Part shown: positions 26,889-38,093 of the stretch, piece by piece
Layout: each line of letters begins with the position of its first letter
Numbering within the stretch: position 1 is the stretch's first letter
NCBI GenBank assembly: GCA_039796795.1
Contig: JBDKJA010000001.1
Coordinates: 3,711-67,710 of the forward strand
Source: Pseudomonadota bacterium
Lineage (GTDB): Bacteria > Pseudomonadota > Gammaproteobacteria > Steroidobacterales > Steroidobacteraceae
DNA length: 64,000 nucleotides
Reading direction: 5' to 3'
Notes under the pieces: generated by a model
What the model saw: only the letters and a program-made list of their open reading frames with translations
Told to the model about the DNA's origin: nothing
Database searches by the model: none
Position numbers and translations under genes: made by a program

Positions 26889-27464
26889 ATGCAAAATGTC
26901 TCAGGGTCTTCGCCTCGAATGGGTCGTCGTACCGGGTGGTGGGTTTTGGCCCTCGCCATGTTGCTCAGCGGTTGCGGCGTGAACCCGCAGAAGGTGACAG
27001 TGCCGGTCGTGCCGTCGGTGGATCTGCCGCGTTTCATGGGGCCTTGGTACGTCATCGCGGTCATCCCAACCTTCATCGAGAAAGACATCTATAACGCCGT
27101 CGAGTCTTATGAGCTCGCAGCGGATGGCACCATCCTCACCACCTTCACCTTCAATAAGGGTGCGCTCGATGGCCCTGCCAAGGAGATGAATCCCAAGGGG
27201 TTCGTCATCCCGGGCACCAATAACGCCATTTGGGGCATGCAGTTCATCTGGCCGATCAAGGCCGAGTACGTCATTTCACACGTTGATGCGAACTACACTG
27301 AGACGATCATTGCGCGCAGCGCTCGCGACTACGTCTGGATCATGGCCCGTACCCCGACCATCGACGAGGCGCGGTATCGGGAGTTGGTGGGCAAGGTCGG
27401 CGCCATGGGCTACGACGTCGCGAAACTGGTACGCATCAGTCACCGCGCTGCGGCCACCCGGTAA
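26889..27464 (+). CDS. blc: outer-membrane lipocalin lipoprotein (Blc-like)
   Basis: Lipobox LLSGCG. FMGPWYVIAVIP and DYVWIMARTPTIDE match the E. coli Blc motifs (YLGTWYEIARF, DYLWILSRTPTISDE). GGAG lies 8 nt before ATG 26889. Confidence 0.85.
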   Translation: MQNVSGSSPRMGRRTGWWVLALAMLLSGCGVNPQKVTVPVVPSVDLPRFMGPWYVIAVIPTFIEKDIYNAVESYELAADGTILTTFTFNKGALDGPAKEMNPKGFVIPGTNNAIWGMQFIWPIKAEYVISHVDANYTETIIARSARDYVWIMARTPTIDEARYRELVGKVGAMGYDVAKLVRISHRAAATR

Positions 27465-27598
27465 TCATTTAAGTCGTTGATTTAAAAGACTTAGTTCACG
27501 AATACCCCGTTTCTTGGGCGGCTTGGTCGTCGCTGCTCGCCGCTAAACGCCCCCCTTGCTAGACTGCCGAGGTTTTTCGCCCGGGTTGCAGGGATGTC

Positions 27599-29758
27599 AT
27601 GAGCAAGGACGATATTCTGAACTCCGACTCCATCGGGGTCTGGACTAAGGCGGCTGCCAAGTCTGCGCCGGGGGGCAACCCCGACGCCCTAGTGTGGACC
27701 ACGCCTGAGGGTCTTGAGGTCAAGCCGCTATACACCGCCGCTGATCTCGAGGGACTGTCTTATACCGACACCCTTCCTGGCTTCGCGCCGTTCATCCGCG
27801 GTCCGCAGGCGACCATGTACGCGGTCCGCCCGTGGACCATCCGTCAGTACGCCGGCTTTTCGACGGCGGAAGCTTCGAACGCGTTTTATCGCAAAGCCTT
27901 GGCAGCCGGCGGACAGGGCGTGTCGGTTGCATTCGATTTGGCGACCCATCGTGGTTACGACAGTGACCACCCCCGCGTTACGGGTGATGTCGGCAAGGCC
28001 GGTGTTGCTATCGATTCCGTCTTGGACATGAAGATTCTCTTCGACGGAATACCGCTCGATCGCGTCTCGGTTTCCATGACCATGAACGGAGCCGTGTTGC
28101 CGGTGTTGGCGGCGTATGTGGTGGCCGCAGAAGAACAGGGCGTCGCTCAGGATCAGCTGTCGGGAACGATCCAGAACGACATTCTCAAAGAATTCATGGT
28201 GCGAAACACCTACATCTATCCACCGGAACCCTCGATGCGTGTCGTCGGCGACATCATCGAGTACACCGCGAAGAAGATGCCGAAGTTCAACTCCATCTCG
28301 ATTTCCGGCTACCACATGCAAGAGGCTGGAGCGAATCAAGCACTCGAGCTGGCTTTCACCCTCGCCGATGGCAAGGAGTACGTCAAAACCGCCATCGCAA
28401 AGGGTCTCGACGTTGATGAGTTTGCCGGACGCCTCAGTTTCTTCTGGGGTATCGGTATGAACTTCTATCTCGAGATCGCCAAAATGCGTGCGGCTCGTCT
28501 GCTTTGGTGGAAGATCATGTCGGGCTTCGGCGCCAAGAACCCGAAGAGCTTGATGCTGCGCACGCACTGCCAGACTTCGGGCTGGAGTCTCACCGAGCAG
28601 GATCCCTACAACAACATCGTTCGCACCACGATCGAAGCGATGGCCGCCGTTTTCGGCGGCACTCAAAGTCTGCACACCAATTCTTTTGATGAGGCGATCG
28701 CGCTTCCGACCGAGTTCAGTGCGCGTATCGCTCGCAATACGCAGCTAATCCTGCAGGAAGAGTCTCAGATCACCAAAGTGGTCGATCCTTGGGCAGGCAG
28801 CTACATGATGGAGCGCCTGACTCAGGAGATGGCAGACAAGGCGTGGTCCATCATCGAGGAAGTCGATGCGATGGGCGGCATGACGCGTGCGGTGGATAGC
28901 GGTTGGGCTAAGCTGCGCATCGAAGCTAGCGCCGCCGAGAAACAAGCGCGAATCGACTCTGGGCGCGACGTCATCGTCGGCGTCAACAAATTCAAGCTCG
29001 ACAAGGAAGACCCTGTCGAAATTCTAGAGATCGACAACGTCGCGGTTCGTGAAAATCAAATCGCGCGTCTCAAATCGCTCCGTGCTTCGCGTGACGAGGC
29101 GCGTGTACGTCAGACGCTCGCTGCATTGACCCATGCTGCACGGCAGGGCGATGGCAATCTGCTCGAGCTCAGTATCGCTGCGATGCGCGAGCGCGCCACG
29201 GTCGGCGAGGTCAGTGACGCCCTCGAGCAAGTCTGGGGCCGTCATCGTGCCAACTCTCAGGAGGTCAGTGGCGTGTACGCAGGGGCTTATGAGAGCGCAG
29301 ATTCTTGGAATGCATTGAAAACGGAGATCGATTCGTTCGCTGCAGCAGCTGGACGGCGACCGCGTGTGATGATCGCGAAGCTAGGCCAAGACGGACATGA
29401 TCGTGGCGCGAAAGTCGTTGCGAGCGCGTTTGCAGACCTTGGTTTTGATGTCGATGTCGGACCACTATTCCAAACGCCGGAAGAGTGTGCCCGCCAGGCC
29501 ATCGAGAACGATGTTCATGCGGTCGGTGTCAGCACCCTCGCGGCGGGTCATAAGACGCTGGTGCCGGAAATCATTCGAGCGCTGCGCGCGCAGGGCGCCA
29601 ACGACATCATCGTGTTTGTGGGTGGCGTGGTGCCACAGCAGGACTACGAGTTTTTGTATGGTGCCGGAGTCAAAGGCATCTATGGGCCGGGTACGCCGAT
29701 CCCTGACAGCGCACGTGACGTGTTAAAGCACATCAAGGATGCCTGTGCCATTGGTTGA
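27599..29758 (+). CDS. scpA: methylmalonyl-CoA mutase, single large (alpha-type) subunit, B12-dependent
   Basis: 719 aa. The C-terminal cobalamin-binding DxHxxG motif is [13 protein letters not shown], and conserved mutase blocks such as [10 protein letters not shown]...[10 protein letters not shown] are present. Confidence 0.95.
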   Translation: MSKDDILNSDSIGVWTKAAAKSAPGGNPDALVWTTPEGLEVKPLYTAADLEGLSYTDTLPGFAPFIRGPQATMYAVRPWTIRQYAGFSTAEASNAFYRKALAAGGQGVSVAFDLATHRGYDSDHPRVTGDVGKAGVAIDSVLDMKILFDGIPLDRVSVSMTMNGAVLPVLAAYVVAAEEQGVAQDQLSGTIQNDILKEFMVRNTYIYPPEPSMRVVGDIIEYTAKKMPKFNSISISGYHMQEAGANQALELAFTLADGKEYVKTAIAKGLDVDEFAGRLSFFWGIGMNFYLEIAKMRAARLLWWKIMSGFGAKNPKSLMLRTHCQTSGWSLTEQDPYNNIVRTTIEAMAAVFGGTQSLHTNSFDEAIALPTEFSARIARNTQLILQEESQITKVVDPWAGSYMMERLTQEMADKAWSIIEEVDAMGGMTRAVDSGWAKLRIEASAAEKQARIDSGRDVIVGVNKFKLDKEDPVEILEIDNVAVRENQIARLKSLRASRDEARVRQTLAALTHAARQGDGNLLELSIAAMRERATVGEVSDALEQVWGRHRANSQEVSGVYAGAYESADSWNALKTEIDSFAAAAGRRPRVMIAKLGQDGHDRGAKVVASAFADLGFDVDVGPLFQTPEECARQAIENDVHAVGVSTLAAGHKTLVPEIIRALRAQGANDIIVFVGGVVPQQDYEFLYGAGVKGIYGPGTPIPDSARDVLKHIKDACAIG

Positions 29759-30767
29759 TAGGGATGACCTCGCCTTGATCGCCGCCGTGCGTGCCGGCGA
29801 TCGTCGGGCGCTGGCGAAGACGATCACCTTGCTCGAATCGACGCTGCCTGAGCATCGCGTTCGCGCCGATTCGGTGCTCGATGCCTTGCTGCCTGAGAGT
29901 GGTCGTGCGCTGCGTCTCGGTATTTCGGGTGTGCCGGGCGTTGGCAAATCGACCTTCATCGAATCTTTGGGCATGTATCTCATCGAGCGTGGGCACAAAG
30001 TGGCCGTGCTTGCAGTTGATCCTTCATCGGGCGTGTCGGGTGGTTCGATACTCGGTGATAAGACGCGCATGGAGCGCCTGTCCGTGCACGATCGTGCCTA
30101 CATTCGACCGAGTCCTTCTTCCGGCACCTTAGGCGGCGTTGCCGAGAAAACGCGCGAGGCGATGCTCGTTTGCGAGGCTGCTGGCTATGACGTCGTGATC
30201 GTCGAGACGGTGGGTGTCGGTCAATCCGAGACCACCGTTGCAGGTATGACCGACATGTTCGTGCTATTGCAGTTGCCGAACGCCGGCGATGATCTGCAAG
30301 CGATGAAGAAGGGCATCATGGAAATGGCCGACCTCATCGTCATCAACAAAGCCGATCTTGATCCTGATGCGGCGACTCGGGCCGAAGCGCAGATCACCAG
30401 TGCATTGCGTGTGTTGCGCTTCACGGGAGCACCCGGTACGAGCGGCGAGAATCGTTGGCAGACCCGGGTGATGCGAGGCAGCGCGCTGCGTGCACAAGGG
30501 CTCGATCAGTTCTGGGCCGAAGTGCAGGAGTTCAAACGATTGCGCGAGGCCACCGCAGAATTTGCCGAGAAGCGTCGTCAGCAGGCGCTGACCTGGATGT
30601 GGGATCAAGTCCATGCCCGGTTGGCCGCCGATTTTCGTGAATCAGCCGCAGTCCGAGCGGCGCTTCCTGCTGTGCTAGACGATGTCAGCCATTCGCGAAT
30701 GGCGCCATCGTCTGCTGCCCGCAAGTTGCTAGACCTATTCGAAAAAAGGGAATCCACTCATGCATGA
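29739..30767 (+). CDS. meaB: methylmalonyl-CoA mutase-associated G3E GTPase MeaB/ArgK
   Basis: P-loop GVPGVGKST, plus [10 protein letters not shown] and INKADL. Confidence 0.9.
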   Translation: MPVPLVDRDDLALIAAVRAGDRRALAKTITLLESTLPEHRVRADSVLDALLPESGRALRLGISGVPGVGKSTFIESLGMYLIERGHKVAVLAVDPSSGVSGGSILGDKTRMERLSVHDRAYIRPSPSSGTLGGVAEKTREAMLVCEAAGYDVVIVETVGVGQSETTVAGMTDMFVLLQLPNAGDDLQAMKKGIMEMADLIVINKADLDPDAATRAEAQITSALRVLRFTGAPGTSGENRWQTRVMRGSALRAQGLDQFWAEVQEFKRLREATAEFAEKRRQQALTWMWDQVHARLAADFRESAAVRAALPAVLDDVSHSRMAPSSAARKLLDLFEKRESTHA

Positions 30768-32292
30768 CATCATTCAGCAGCTCGAGAAGAAGCGGGCACA
30801 AGCGCGTCAGGGTGGCGGGCCTAAGCGCATAGAAGCACAGCACGCCAAGGGCAAATTGACTGCGCGCGAGCGCGTTGAGTTGCTGTTGGATGAAGGCAGC
30901 TTCGAAGAGTGGGATATGTTTGTCGAACATCGCTGCAGCGACTTTGGCATGCAGGATCAAAAAATCCCTGGCGATGGCGTCGTGACAGGCTGCGGTTTCA
31001 TCAACGGTCGATTGGTGTTCGTATTCAGTCAGGATTTCACTGTCTTTGGCGGTTCGCTGAGCGAAGCTCACGCTCAGAAAATCTGCAAAGTCATGGATAT
31101 GGCGATGAAGGTGGGCGCACCTGTCATCGGTATCAACGATTCCGGTGGCGCACGCATTCAAGAAGGCGTGGCGTCACTCGGTGGTTATGCCGAGGTATTT
31201 CAGCGCAACGTGACAGCCTCTGGGGTCGTGCCGCAGATCAGCTTGATCATGGGCCCAAGCGCCGGCGGCGCGGTGTACAGCCCCGCGCTCACCGACTTTA
31301 TTTTCATGGTCAAGGACAGCTCTTACATGTTCGTGACCGGTCCAGAAGTCGTCAAAACCGTCACCCACGAGGAAGTCACGGCCGAAGATCTTGGTGGTGC
31401 GATTACGCACACCACTCGTAGTGGCGTCGCCGATCTCGCCTTCGAGAATGATGTCGATGCGCTTTTGATGGTGCGCCGATTCTTCAACTATCTGCCGTCC
31501 AATAATCGCGAAAAGGCACCTATGCGAGAAGCGGGTGATCCGCCGGATCGCGACGACTTTTCTCTCGACACTTTGATTCCGGATAATCCGAATAAGCCCT
31601 ACGACATGAAGGAGCTTGTCACCAAGATCGTCGACGACGGTGAGTTCTTCGAACTTCAGCCGGATTACGCCAAGAATATTCTCATTGGTTTTGCGCGCAT
31701 GGACGGCCAGGTGGTCGGCATCGTCGCCAACCAGCCGCTGGTATTAGCAGGCTGTCTCGATATCAAGAGCAGCATTAAAGCTGCACGCTTCGTGCGTTTT
31801 TGCGATGCTTTCAGCATCCCGGTCGTCACCTTTGTCGACGTGCCCGGGTTTATGCCCGGCACTGCGCAGGAGTATGGCGGCATCATCAAGCACGGCGCGA
31901 AGCTGCTGTATGCCTATGCCGAGTGTACGGTTCCGAAGATCACCGTGATCACGCGCAAAGCCTACGGTGGTGCCTACGACGTCATGGCATCTAAGCATCT
32001 GCGTGGCGATGTGAATTTCGCTTGGCCAAATGCCGAAATCGCTGTCATGGGCGCCAAAGGCGCCGTCGAAATCATCTTCCGCAACGAGAAGAGCGATCCG
32101 GAGAAGCTGGCTGCTCGCGAGGCGGAATATAAGGAGAAGTTCGCCAATCCGTTCGTGGCGGGTGCTCGCGGCTACATCGACGATGTGATCATGCCGCACG
32201 GTACTCGTCGACGAGTCTGCCGCGCATTGACCGTATTGCGCGACAAGAAACTTGAAGAGCCGTGGCGCAAGCACGGCAACATTCCTCTGTGA
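30760..32292 (+). CDS. pccB: propionyl-CoA carboxylase beta subunit (carboxyltransferase)
   Basis: 510 aa with carboxyltransferase blocks ...[13 protein letters not shown]... and ...[23 protein letters not shown]... Confidence 0.9.
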   Translation: MHDIIQQLEKKRAQARQGGGPKRIEAQHAKGKLTARERVELLLDEGSFEEWDMFVEHRCSDFGMQDQKIPGDGVVTGCGFINGRLVFVFSQDFTVFGGSLSEAHAQKICKVMDMAMKVGAPVIGINDSGGARIQEGVASLGGYAEVFQRNVTASGVVPQISLIMGPSAGGAVYSPALTDFIFMVKDSSYMFVTGPEVVKTVTHEEVTAEDLGGAITHTTRSGVADLAFENDVDALLMVRRFFNYLPSNNREKAPMREAGDPPDRDDFSLDTLIPDNPNKPYDMKELVTKIVDDGEFFELQPDYAKNILIGFARMDGQVVGIVANQPLVLAGCLDIKSSIKAARFVRFCDAFSIPVVTFVDVPGFMPGTAQEYGGIIKHGAKLLYAYAECTVPKITVITRKAYGGAYDVMASKHLRGDVNFAWPNAEIAVMGAKGAVEIIFRNEKSDPEKLAAREAEYKEKFANPFVAGARGYIDDVIMPHGTRRRVCRALTVLRDKKLEEPWRKHGNIPL

Positions 32293-32316
32293 TGGCGTGA
32301 AGGAGCAAGGTCAATC

Positions 32317-34347
32317 ATGTTCAAAAAAATCCTGATCGCCAATCGTGGTGAAATTGCCTGTCGCGTCATCAAGACGGCCCGCCGCATGGGTATCAAGACG
32401 GTTGCGGTGTATTCAGAAGCGGACCGTGACGCGCGTCATGTCGAGTTAGCCGACGAAGCCGTATTGTTGGGTCCGGCGCCGTCGCGCGAGTCATATCTAG
32501 TTGCCGACAAGATCATCGCGGCCTGTAAGAAAACCGGTGCCGAGGCGGTTCATCCTGGCTACGGATTTCTGTCCGAGAATGCCGAGTTTGCTCGTCGCGT
32601 CGAGGAAGAAGGCATCATCTTCATCGGTCCTAAGACGGCTTCAATCGCGGCCATGGGCGACAAGATCGCGTCCAAAGAACTAGCAGCGAAGGCAAAGGTC
32701 AACACGATCCCGGGTTATAACAATCCGATCGAGTCCGCGGAGAAGGCCGTCGATATCGCCAAGGGAATCGGCTATCCGGTGATGATCAAGGCGAGCGCAG
32801 GCGGTGGCGGTAAAGGCTTGCGCGTTGCCTGGAACGACAAAGAAGCCTTTGATGGCTTCACTTCCTGTCGTAATGAGGCGCGTAACAGTTTCGGTGACGA
32901 TCGCGTCTTCATCGAAAAGTTCGTCGAAGAGCCGCGCCACATCGAGATCCAAGTGCTTGGTGACGCTCACGGTAACTGCGTTTATCTGTGGGAGCGCGAG
33001 TGTTCCATTCAGCGTCGACACCAGAAAGTTATTGAAGAGGCGCCGAGCCCCTTTCTCGATGACAAAACTCGCAAAGCCATGGGCGAGCAGGCTGTTGCCT
33101 TGGCCAAAGCCGTCAACTATCAGAGTGCAGGCACAGTCGAGTTCGTCGTCGGAAAGGATAAGAGTTTCTACTTCCTCGAGATGAACACGCGACTGCAGGT
33201 GGAGCACCCGGTGACCGAGTGCATCACAGGTCTCGATCTCGTCGAACAAATGATTCGTGTTGCAGCAGGTGAGAAGCTCTCATTTAAGCAGAGCGAGATT
33301 GCGCGCAACGGCTGGGCTATCGAGTGCCGCATCAATGCCGAGGATCCGTATCGCAACTTCCTCCCCTCGACGGGAAGATTGGTGAAATATCGCCCCCCCG
33401 AGCAGAACATGGAGGCTTCACAACCTGTTCCTCAGGGCGGTGGCGTACGTGTCGACACCGGCGTTTACGAAGGTGGCGAGATCCCGATGTTTTACGACTC
33501 GATGATCGCCAAGCTGATCACGCATGGACGTGATCGAAACGAAGCCATCGCGCGGATGCGTGAAGCGCTCAACGGTTTCGTGATACGCGGCATCTCGAGC
33601 AACATCCCGTTCCAGGCGGCGTTGCTCGCACATCCGAAATTCACGGCTGGTGATTTCAATACTGGATTCATAGCCGAGCACTATCCGAAAGGATTCTCAG
33701 CGAGCAGCGTGGCACACGAGCAGGCTGGCTTCTTGTTGGCATTGGCGGCAGTGTCACATCGCCGCTCGCGTGAACGCGCTGCGACCTTAACGGGCCAACG
33801 TCGTCACCGCGAGGTTCGTATTCGCGAGGAGTTCGTTATCGTCTTGACCGATGAGTCGGGTCGTCGCGATCAGATCCCTGTGACGGTGCGTCCTGCGGGT
33901 GCTGCGTTTCACGTGACGATCGCAGGGCAAACGCACGAGGTTTCCTTCGAGGACAATCTTCGCGACATCGCCGTGCATGGCAGTTTTGATGGACGTACCT
34001 TCTGTGCGCAAATAGAACGAGCCGGTCTTGGCTACCGCATTTCTCACAACGGCGCCTCGTTGTTCGCGCGTGTCTTTTCGCCACGTCAGGCGGAGCTCGA
34101 AGCTTTGATGCCGTTCAAGGCGCCACCCGATTTGTCCAAAGTGTTGTTGTCACCAATGCCCGGCTTGCTGGTCGATGTGGCCGTACAACCGGGACAGACG
34201 GTTCGCGCCGGTGAAAAGCTTGCCGCCATCGAGGCCATGAAGATGGAGAATATTCTCTTTGCGACGCAGGATTGCGTAGTGACCGACGTGGTTGCCAAGA
34301 AGGGCGATAGCCTCGCCGTCGATCAAGTCATCATGCGATTCGAGTGA
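32317..34347 (+). CDS. pccA: propionyl-CoA (acetyl/propionyl) carboxylase alpha subunit (biotin carboxylase + BCCP)
   Basis: [18 protein letters not shown], an ATP-grasp core, and the C-terminal biotinylation motif IEAMKMEN. Confidence 0.9.
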   Translation: MFKKILIANRGEIACRVIKTARRMGIKTVAVYSEADRDARHVELADEAVLLGPAPSRESYLVADKIIAACKKTGAEAVHPGYGFLSENAEFARRVEEEGIIFIGPKTASIAAMGDKIASKELAAKAKVNTIPGYNNPIESAEKAVDIAKGIGYPVMIKASAGGGGKGLRVAWNDKEAFDGFTSCRNEARNSFGDDRVFIEKFVEEPRHIEIQVLGDAHGNCVYLWERECSIQRRHQKVIEEAPSPFLDDKTRKAMGEQAVALAKAVNYQSAGTVEFVVGKDKSFYFLEMNTRLQVEHPVTECITGLDLVEQMIRVAAGEKLSFKQSEIARNGWAIECRINAEDPYRNFLPSTGRLVKYRPPEQNMEASQPVPQGGGVRVDTGVYEGGEIPMFYDSMIAKLITHGRDRNEAIARMREALNGFVIRGISSNIPFQAALLAHPKFTAGDFNTGFIAEHYPKGFSASSVAHEQAGFLLALAAVSHRRSRERAATLTGQRRHREVRIREEFVIVLTDESGRRDQIPVTVRPAGAAFHVTIAGQTHEVSFEDNLRDIAVHGSFDGRTFCAQIERAGLGYRISHNGASLFARVFSPRQAELEALMPFKAPPDLSKVLLSPMPGLLVDVAVQPGQTVRAGEKLAAIEAMKMENILFATQDCVVTDVVAKKGDSLAVDQVIMRFE

Positions 34348-34358
34348 GGTTGTCGGTC

Positions 34359-34832
34359 ATGTCGATCGCAGCAGAGCGGCCATTCAAGGTTCTCGGTATT
34401 CAGCAGGTCGCCATCGGCGGACCCGACAAACAGCGTCTCAAGACGCTGTGGGTCGATATGTTGGGACTCGACGTCACCGGCAACTTCGTCAGCGAACGCG
34501 AAAACGTTGATGAAGATATTTGTGCGATGGGTCGCGGCGCATATACGGTGGAGGTTGATCTGATGCAGCCGCTCGATCCAGACAAGAAGCCGGCTGTGCA
34601 TCAAACGCCACTCAATCACATCGGTCTGTGGATTGACGATTTACCTAAAGCCGTCGAGTGGCTTACTAGCCGCGGCGTGCGCTTCGCGCCTGGCGGCATC
34701 CGTAAGGGTGCGGCAGGTCACGATATTTGTTTTCTGCACCCGAAGTCGAACGACGAGTTTCCTATCGCCGGTGAGGGCGTTTTGATCGAACTCGTTCAGG
34801 CTCCGCCTGAGGTCGTTGCCGCTTTGCGTTGA
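34359..34832 (+). CDS. mce: methylmalonyl-CoA epimerase (VOC/glyoxalase fold)
   Basis: About 157 aa with VOC-fold motifs ([19 protein letters not shown]). It sits at the end of the mutase/carboxylase operon. ATG 34359 is preceded by GAGG; an alternative GTG 34344 overlaps the pccA stop. Confidence 0.75.
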   Translation: MSIAAERPFKVLGIQQVAIGGPDKQRLKTLWVDMLGLDVTGNFVSERENVDEDICAMGRGAYTVEVDLMQPLDPDKKPAVHQTPLNHIGLWIDDLPKAVEWLTSRGVRFAPGGIRKGAAGHDICFLHPKSNDEFPIAGEGVLIELVQAPPEVVAALR

Positions 34833-36652
34833 ACTGCCACGATTAGAGTTCCGGGTCCGCCGTGCACGCCGACCGCCGGACTCATCTCGGTCACTGCCAA
34901 CCACTCGATACGAGTCGGATCGAGCAGCCTGAGCAAGTCTGCTTGCAGAAGTTCGGCTTCTTTCGGTAGATCGCCGTGGCCTACCAAAATTCGCAGTGTC
35001 TCGTTGGGCGCCAACGCGCCTACCTGCTTCACCACATGCCTTGCAAAGCGTTGTCTTAGATTGAGTCGGCCGATGAGCCCGCTGCCCGCGGCAATACGGC
35101 CGTCCGGATGCGTGTGCAGGATGACGTTGAGGCGTAGCCATTTGGCGATCGTGCCGACGATAGCGGGGACTCGACCACCGCGTACCGCAAACTTGATGTC
35201 TTTGAGTAGTGCGAAAGTACGAGTCTGCTCAAGCGCCGTGCGAGCGGCAGCGGCCACGGCATCTATGTCGCCACCCGCTGCTGCTGCCTCGGCAGCGGCG
35301 ATCGTGACGAGTCCTTGTCCGACCGAGGCATTACGACTATCGATTGCGCGGATCGGCTTGCCTGCCGGAGCCACGCGATCAGCAGCCTTGGTTGCGGCAT
35401 CCCAAGTGCCGCTGTGACGCGCGGTGAGATTCACCGACACGACGCCTTCATAGTGCGAGGCCAGAAATTCGAACATGCGCCGGAAGTCACCCGGCGGTGG
35501 CTGGGATGTTTTCGGATGCTCCGGATTCACGAGCAACTCTCGATAGAATTCACTCGGTGTCATGCTCACCTTATCGAGATAAGAGCGAGCTCCGAATTGA
35601 ATCCGCACCGGCACCATCATGATGCCAAGTCGTTCGGTGAACGAATCCGGTATGTCGGCCCCGGAGTCTGTGACGATCGCGATTCTCTGAGTTTTTCTGT
35701 GATGGGCTGCCGATTGCTGTAATTGCATGTCGTCAGCTTTCTGCGCTGATACGACGCCGTAATCTGCCGCCAGACGAAACACGTCGTCGGGCATGTTGGT
35801 GTGGATATGAATCCGCGCCTTGTACTTGTTGCCACTGACCACGAGGCTCGCGCCCTTTTCGGCGAAGTGCTCTCGCAGCTGACGCAGATCGAGTTGTCGC
35901 TCTTCGCTAGCGGTGATCAAACATTCAGTGCAGTAGCGGAAGTCCTGATCAGCCGACAAGCTACCGCCATCAGCCATGGCCTCGTCACCCACGTGCAGTG
36001 GCGCAACGACGGGGCCTACTTCGCCCGTCTCCAGAAACCGTCGCATACCCTCGAGTACTTCGACGAATCCAAGAGCCCCCGCATCGACGACATTGGCGAT
36101 GCGCAGTTCGTCGAGCTGCGAGCGCGTCGCCTCTAAGCTGGTGCGGACGCGTACTAGAGCCTCTGAAAATAACTCTCCGAAGTTTCGGGATTGTCCGAGC
36201 GTTGCCTCGGATGCATGAGCGAATTCTCTCAGTACCGTCAGAATCGTGCCTTCGCGCGGTTGGCTTAATGCGTCTCTCGCATAGACAGATCCCTTGTTGA
36301 CCGCAGCGACAAACTCGCGACGACCAAGACGTGCCAGATGACCCGCGCCATCACCGAGACCAAGCAAAAACTGCGCAAGGATCGCCCCCGAGTTACCACG
36401 AGCACCATCCAGTGCCGCATCGGCCGCCCGAACGAGTAGCGTTCCCGCATGCGGTTCCGGAGCACGATCGATCGCCGCAAGCACAGCGCTCAAGGTCATC
36501 GACATATTCGTACCCGTATCGCCATCCGGAACGGGGAATACATTGATCTTGTTGATGTGATCGGTGCGTTCGAACAGACGGTAGATCCCTGCGCGCAGCG
36601 CGTTGGCCAGTTGCAGACCGTCGAGCTCATCCATTACGACAGTCTGGGCCAT
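34796..36652 (-). CDS. Dak2 (DhaL-like) domain fused to a DegV (fatty-acid-binding, EDD fold) domain
   Basis: The N-terminal part has [12 protein letters not shown] and [10 protein letters not shown] (Dak2). The middle has FRYCTECLI (FakA-like). The C-terminal part has [12 protein letters not shown]... (DegV signature). 618 aa. Confidence 0.8.
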   Translation of the reverse strand: MAQTVVMDELDGLQLANALRAGIYRLFERTDHINKINVFPVPDGDTGTNMSMTLSAVLAAIDRAPEPHAGTLLVRAADAALDGARGNSGAILAQFLLGLGDGAGHLARLGRREFVAAVNKGSVYARDALSQPREGTILTVLREFAHASEATLGQSRNFGELFSEALVRVRTSLEATRSQLDELRIANVVDAGALGFVEVLEGMRRFLETGEVGPVVAPLHVGDEAMADGGSLSADQDFRYCTECLITASEERQLDLRQLREHFAEKGASLVVSGNKYKARIHIHTNMPDDVFRLAADYGVVSAQKADDMQLQQSAAHHRKTQRIAIVTDSGADIPDSFTERLGIMMVPVRIQFGARSYLDKVSMTPSEFYRELLVNPEHPKTSQPPPGDFRRMFEFLASHYEGVVSVNLTARHSGTWDAATKAADRVAPAGKPIRAIDSRNASVGQGLVTIAAAEAAAAGGDIDAVAAAARTALEQTRTFALLKDIKFAVRGGRVPAIVGTIAKWLRLNVILHTHPDGRIAAGSGLIGRLNLRQRFARHVVKQVGALAPNETLRILVGHGDLPKEAELLQADLLRLLDPTRIEWLAVTEMSPAVGVHGGPGTLIVAVQRKAATTSGGA

Positions 36653-37263
36653 TAGCGTCCCTCAATCGAAACGGCAAACGAGGAGCTTCCGTAAGACAAG
36701 ACGACTCCCTCGGGCGTGATGGAAAGGACCTTGAGACCGTCACGACTTGCGTCACTCTCGCGTAGACGCTCGCCATTGAGCAGGATGAATCGCTTACTCG
36801 GATCTGCATCGTAAACGTGGAGATTGAGTGTCGTGACCGGCAGATTGGCGCCGGCGGCTATCTGCTGATCGCGAGTGGGTACGGCGGCAAGCGAGGCAAC
36901 TGCTGGCGTCGGCCTCGTGTCCGACCTTGGTGTAGGCGCCGACGGCATGGCCGTTGGCGCACTCGCATCAGGCGCTGAGGGCAGGCTATCCGTGGCTGTT
37001 GCGATTGATGGCGCGATCGATGGAGCGATCAGCGGTGTCACCGTCGATGGTGGAACAGGAGCTGCTGCCGGTAGCGAGGTCGCCGGCTTCACCAAGACGA
37101 AGGCGAGAACCACGAGATTGACGGCCAATAGCCCGAGCAGAGCCCATACCCACGATGGCGTTCTGCCGCTCGAGCGTAGCGCGGAGGTTGGCAGCGTCGA
37201 CGGATTTTGTTGACGGAGCCGTTCTTCTTCAGATTTTTTCAGCGCATCAAGAATGAAAGACAT
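36652..37263 (-). CDS. GspB-like (type II secretion protein B family) membrane protein
   Basis: MSFILDALKKSEEER N-terminus, a single TM, a Pro/Ala/Ser-rich linker, and C-terminal ...FILLNGERLRESD...GLKVLSITPEGVVLSY. The stop overlaps the downstream ATG (TAATG-type, 1 nt). Confidence 0.7.
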   Translation of the reverse strand: MSFILDALKKSEEERLRQQNPSTLPTSALRSSGRTPSWVWALLGLLAVNLVVLAFVLVKPATSLPAAAPVPPSTVTPLIAPSIAPSIATATDSLPSAPDASAPTAMPSAPTPRSDTRPTPAVASLAAVPTRDQQIAAGANLPVTTLNLHVYDADPSKRFILLNGERLRESDASRDGLKVLSITPEGVVLSYGSSSFAVSIEGR

Positions 37264-37313
37264 GCGTCTACGGCCGCGGAAATCCGCGGTGTCCCCCTTT
37301 CCAGATTGGAGTA

Positions 37314-38093
37314 TTGCATGGACTGAGGCTGCGCGGCATAGTCGCGCGCACCGTGCCTACCGTTGGCTCATCTTGGCTTGCGCTATCGCCGCACTCTCTC
37401 GGCTCCGTTGCGGCGCTCGTGCCGAGCGAAGACTGTCATCTATGGTTGACTGATCTTGACCGATGGGACAGCTCCAGTGACGAGCATCGAGAATGTCTCG
37501 ATCCACTTGATTGGGAACGAGCAAGACTCAAGCCGGAGGGAATTTCCCGGGAGCGCTTCATCAGCTCTCGTATGGTGCTGCGGCGGATTCTGGCCAGCCT
37601 GTTGGATCAGAGGCCGATCGAGCTGCGCTTCGAATTGGATGAACATGGGAAGCCTGCGCTCAAACCGCCTCACCAGCATTGTCACTTCAACCTCAGTCAT
37701 AGCGGCTCGTTATTACTCGTTGGTGTCAGTCTGCGTGCGAGCATCGGCGTAGATATCGAAGTGCCGCGCTCTGTACCGCGCGCCTCGCAACTCGCCAAAC
37801 GCGTCTTCACCGCTGATGAGCAAGCGCTACTGCGTCAAGCGGAAGCAGCCTCGGAATCCGCGCGGGATGAGGTCTTTTTAAAAATCTGGACGCGCAAAGA
37901 AGCCTATTTGAAGTGCCGTGGCGATGGATTCACGATGCCGGCGCGAGACTATGCCGTTGGTATTGAAGGACCAACGAAGATCGCCGAAGTTAACATTGGC
38001 AGTCTCGAGCTACCATCGCCAGGATATGCGGCGCTCGCGAGTGCTACACCCGTCGGTCACGCTCACCGATATCAGTTGTGTCCCGACGAATAG
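37314..38093 (+). CDS. Sfp-type 4'-phosphopantetheinyl transferase
   Basis: Motifs FNLSHSG, IGVDIE and IWTRKEAYLKCRG. Confidence 0.8.
   Translation: MHGLRLRGIVARTVPTVGSSWLALSPHSLGSVAALVPSEDCHLWLTDLDRWDSSSDEHRECLDPLDWERARLKPEGISRERFISSRMVLRRILASLLDQRPIELRFELDEHGKPALKPPHQHCHFNLSHSGSLLLVGVSLRASIGVDIEVPRSVPRASQLAKRVFTADEQALLRQAEAASESARDEVFLKIWTRKEAYLKCRGDGFTMPARDYAVGIEGPTKIAEVNIGSLELPSPGYAALASATPVGHAHRYQLCPDE

Noticed and set aside
37007-37030. 12-bp tandem duplication GATGGCGCGATC/GATGGAGCGATC.
   Set aside because: It lies within the Pro/Ala/Ser-rich linker of the GspB-like gene (it encodes IAPSIAPSIA on the minus strand). This is coding low complexity and not a regulatory repeat.
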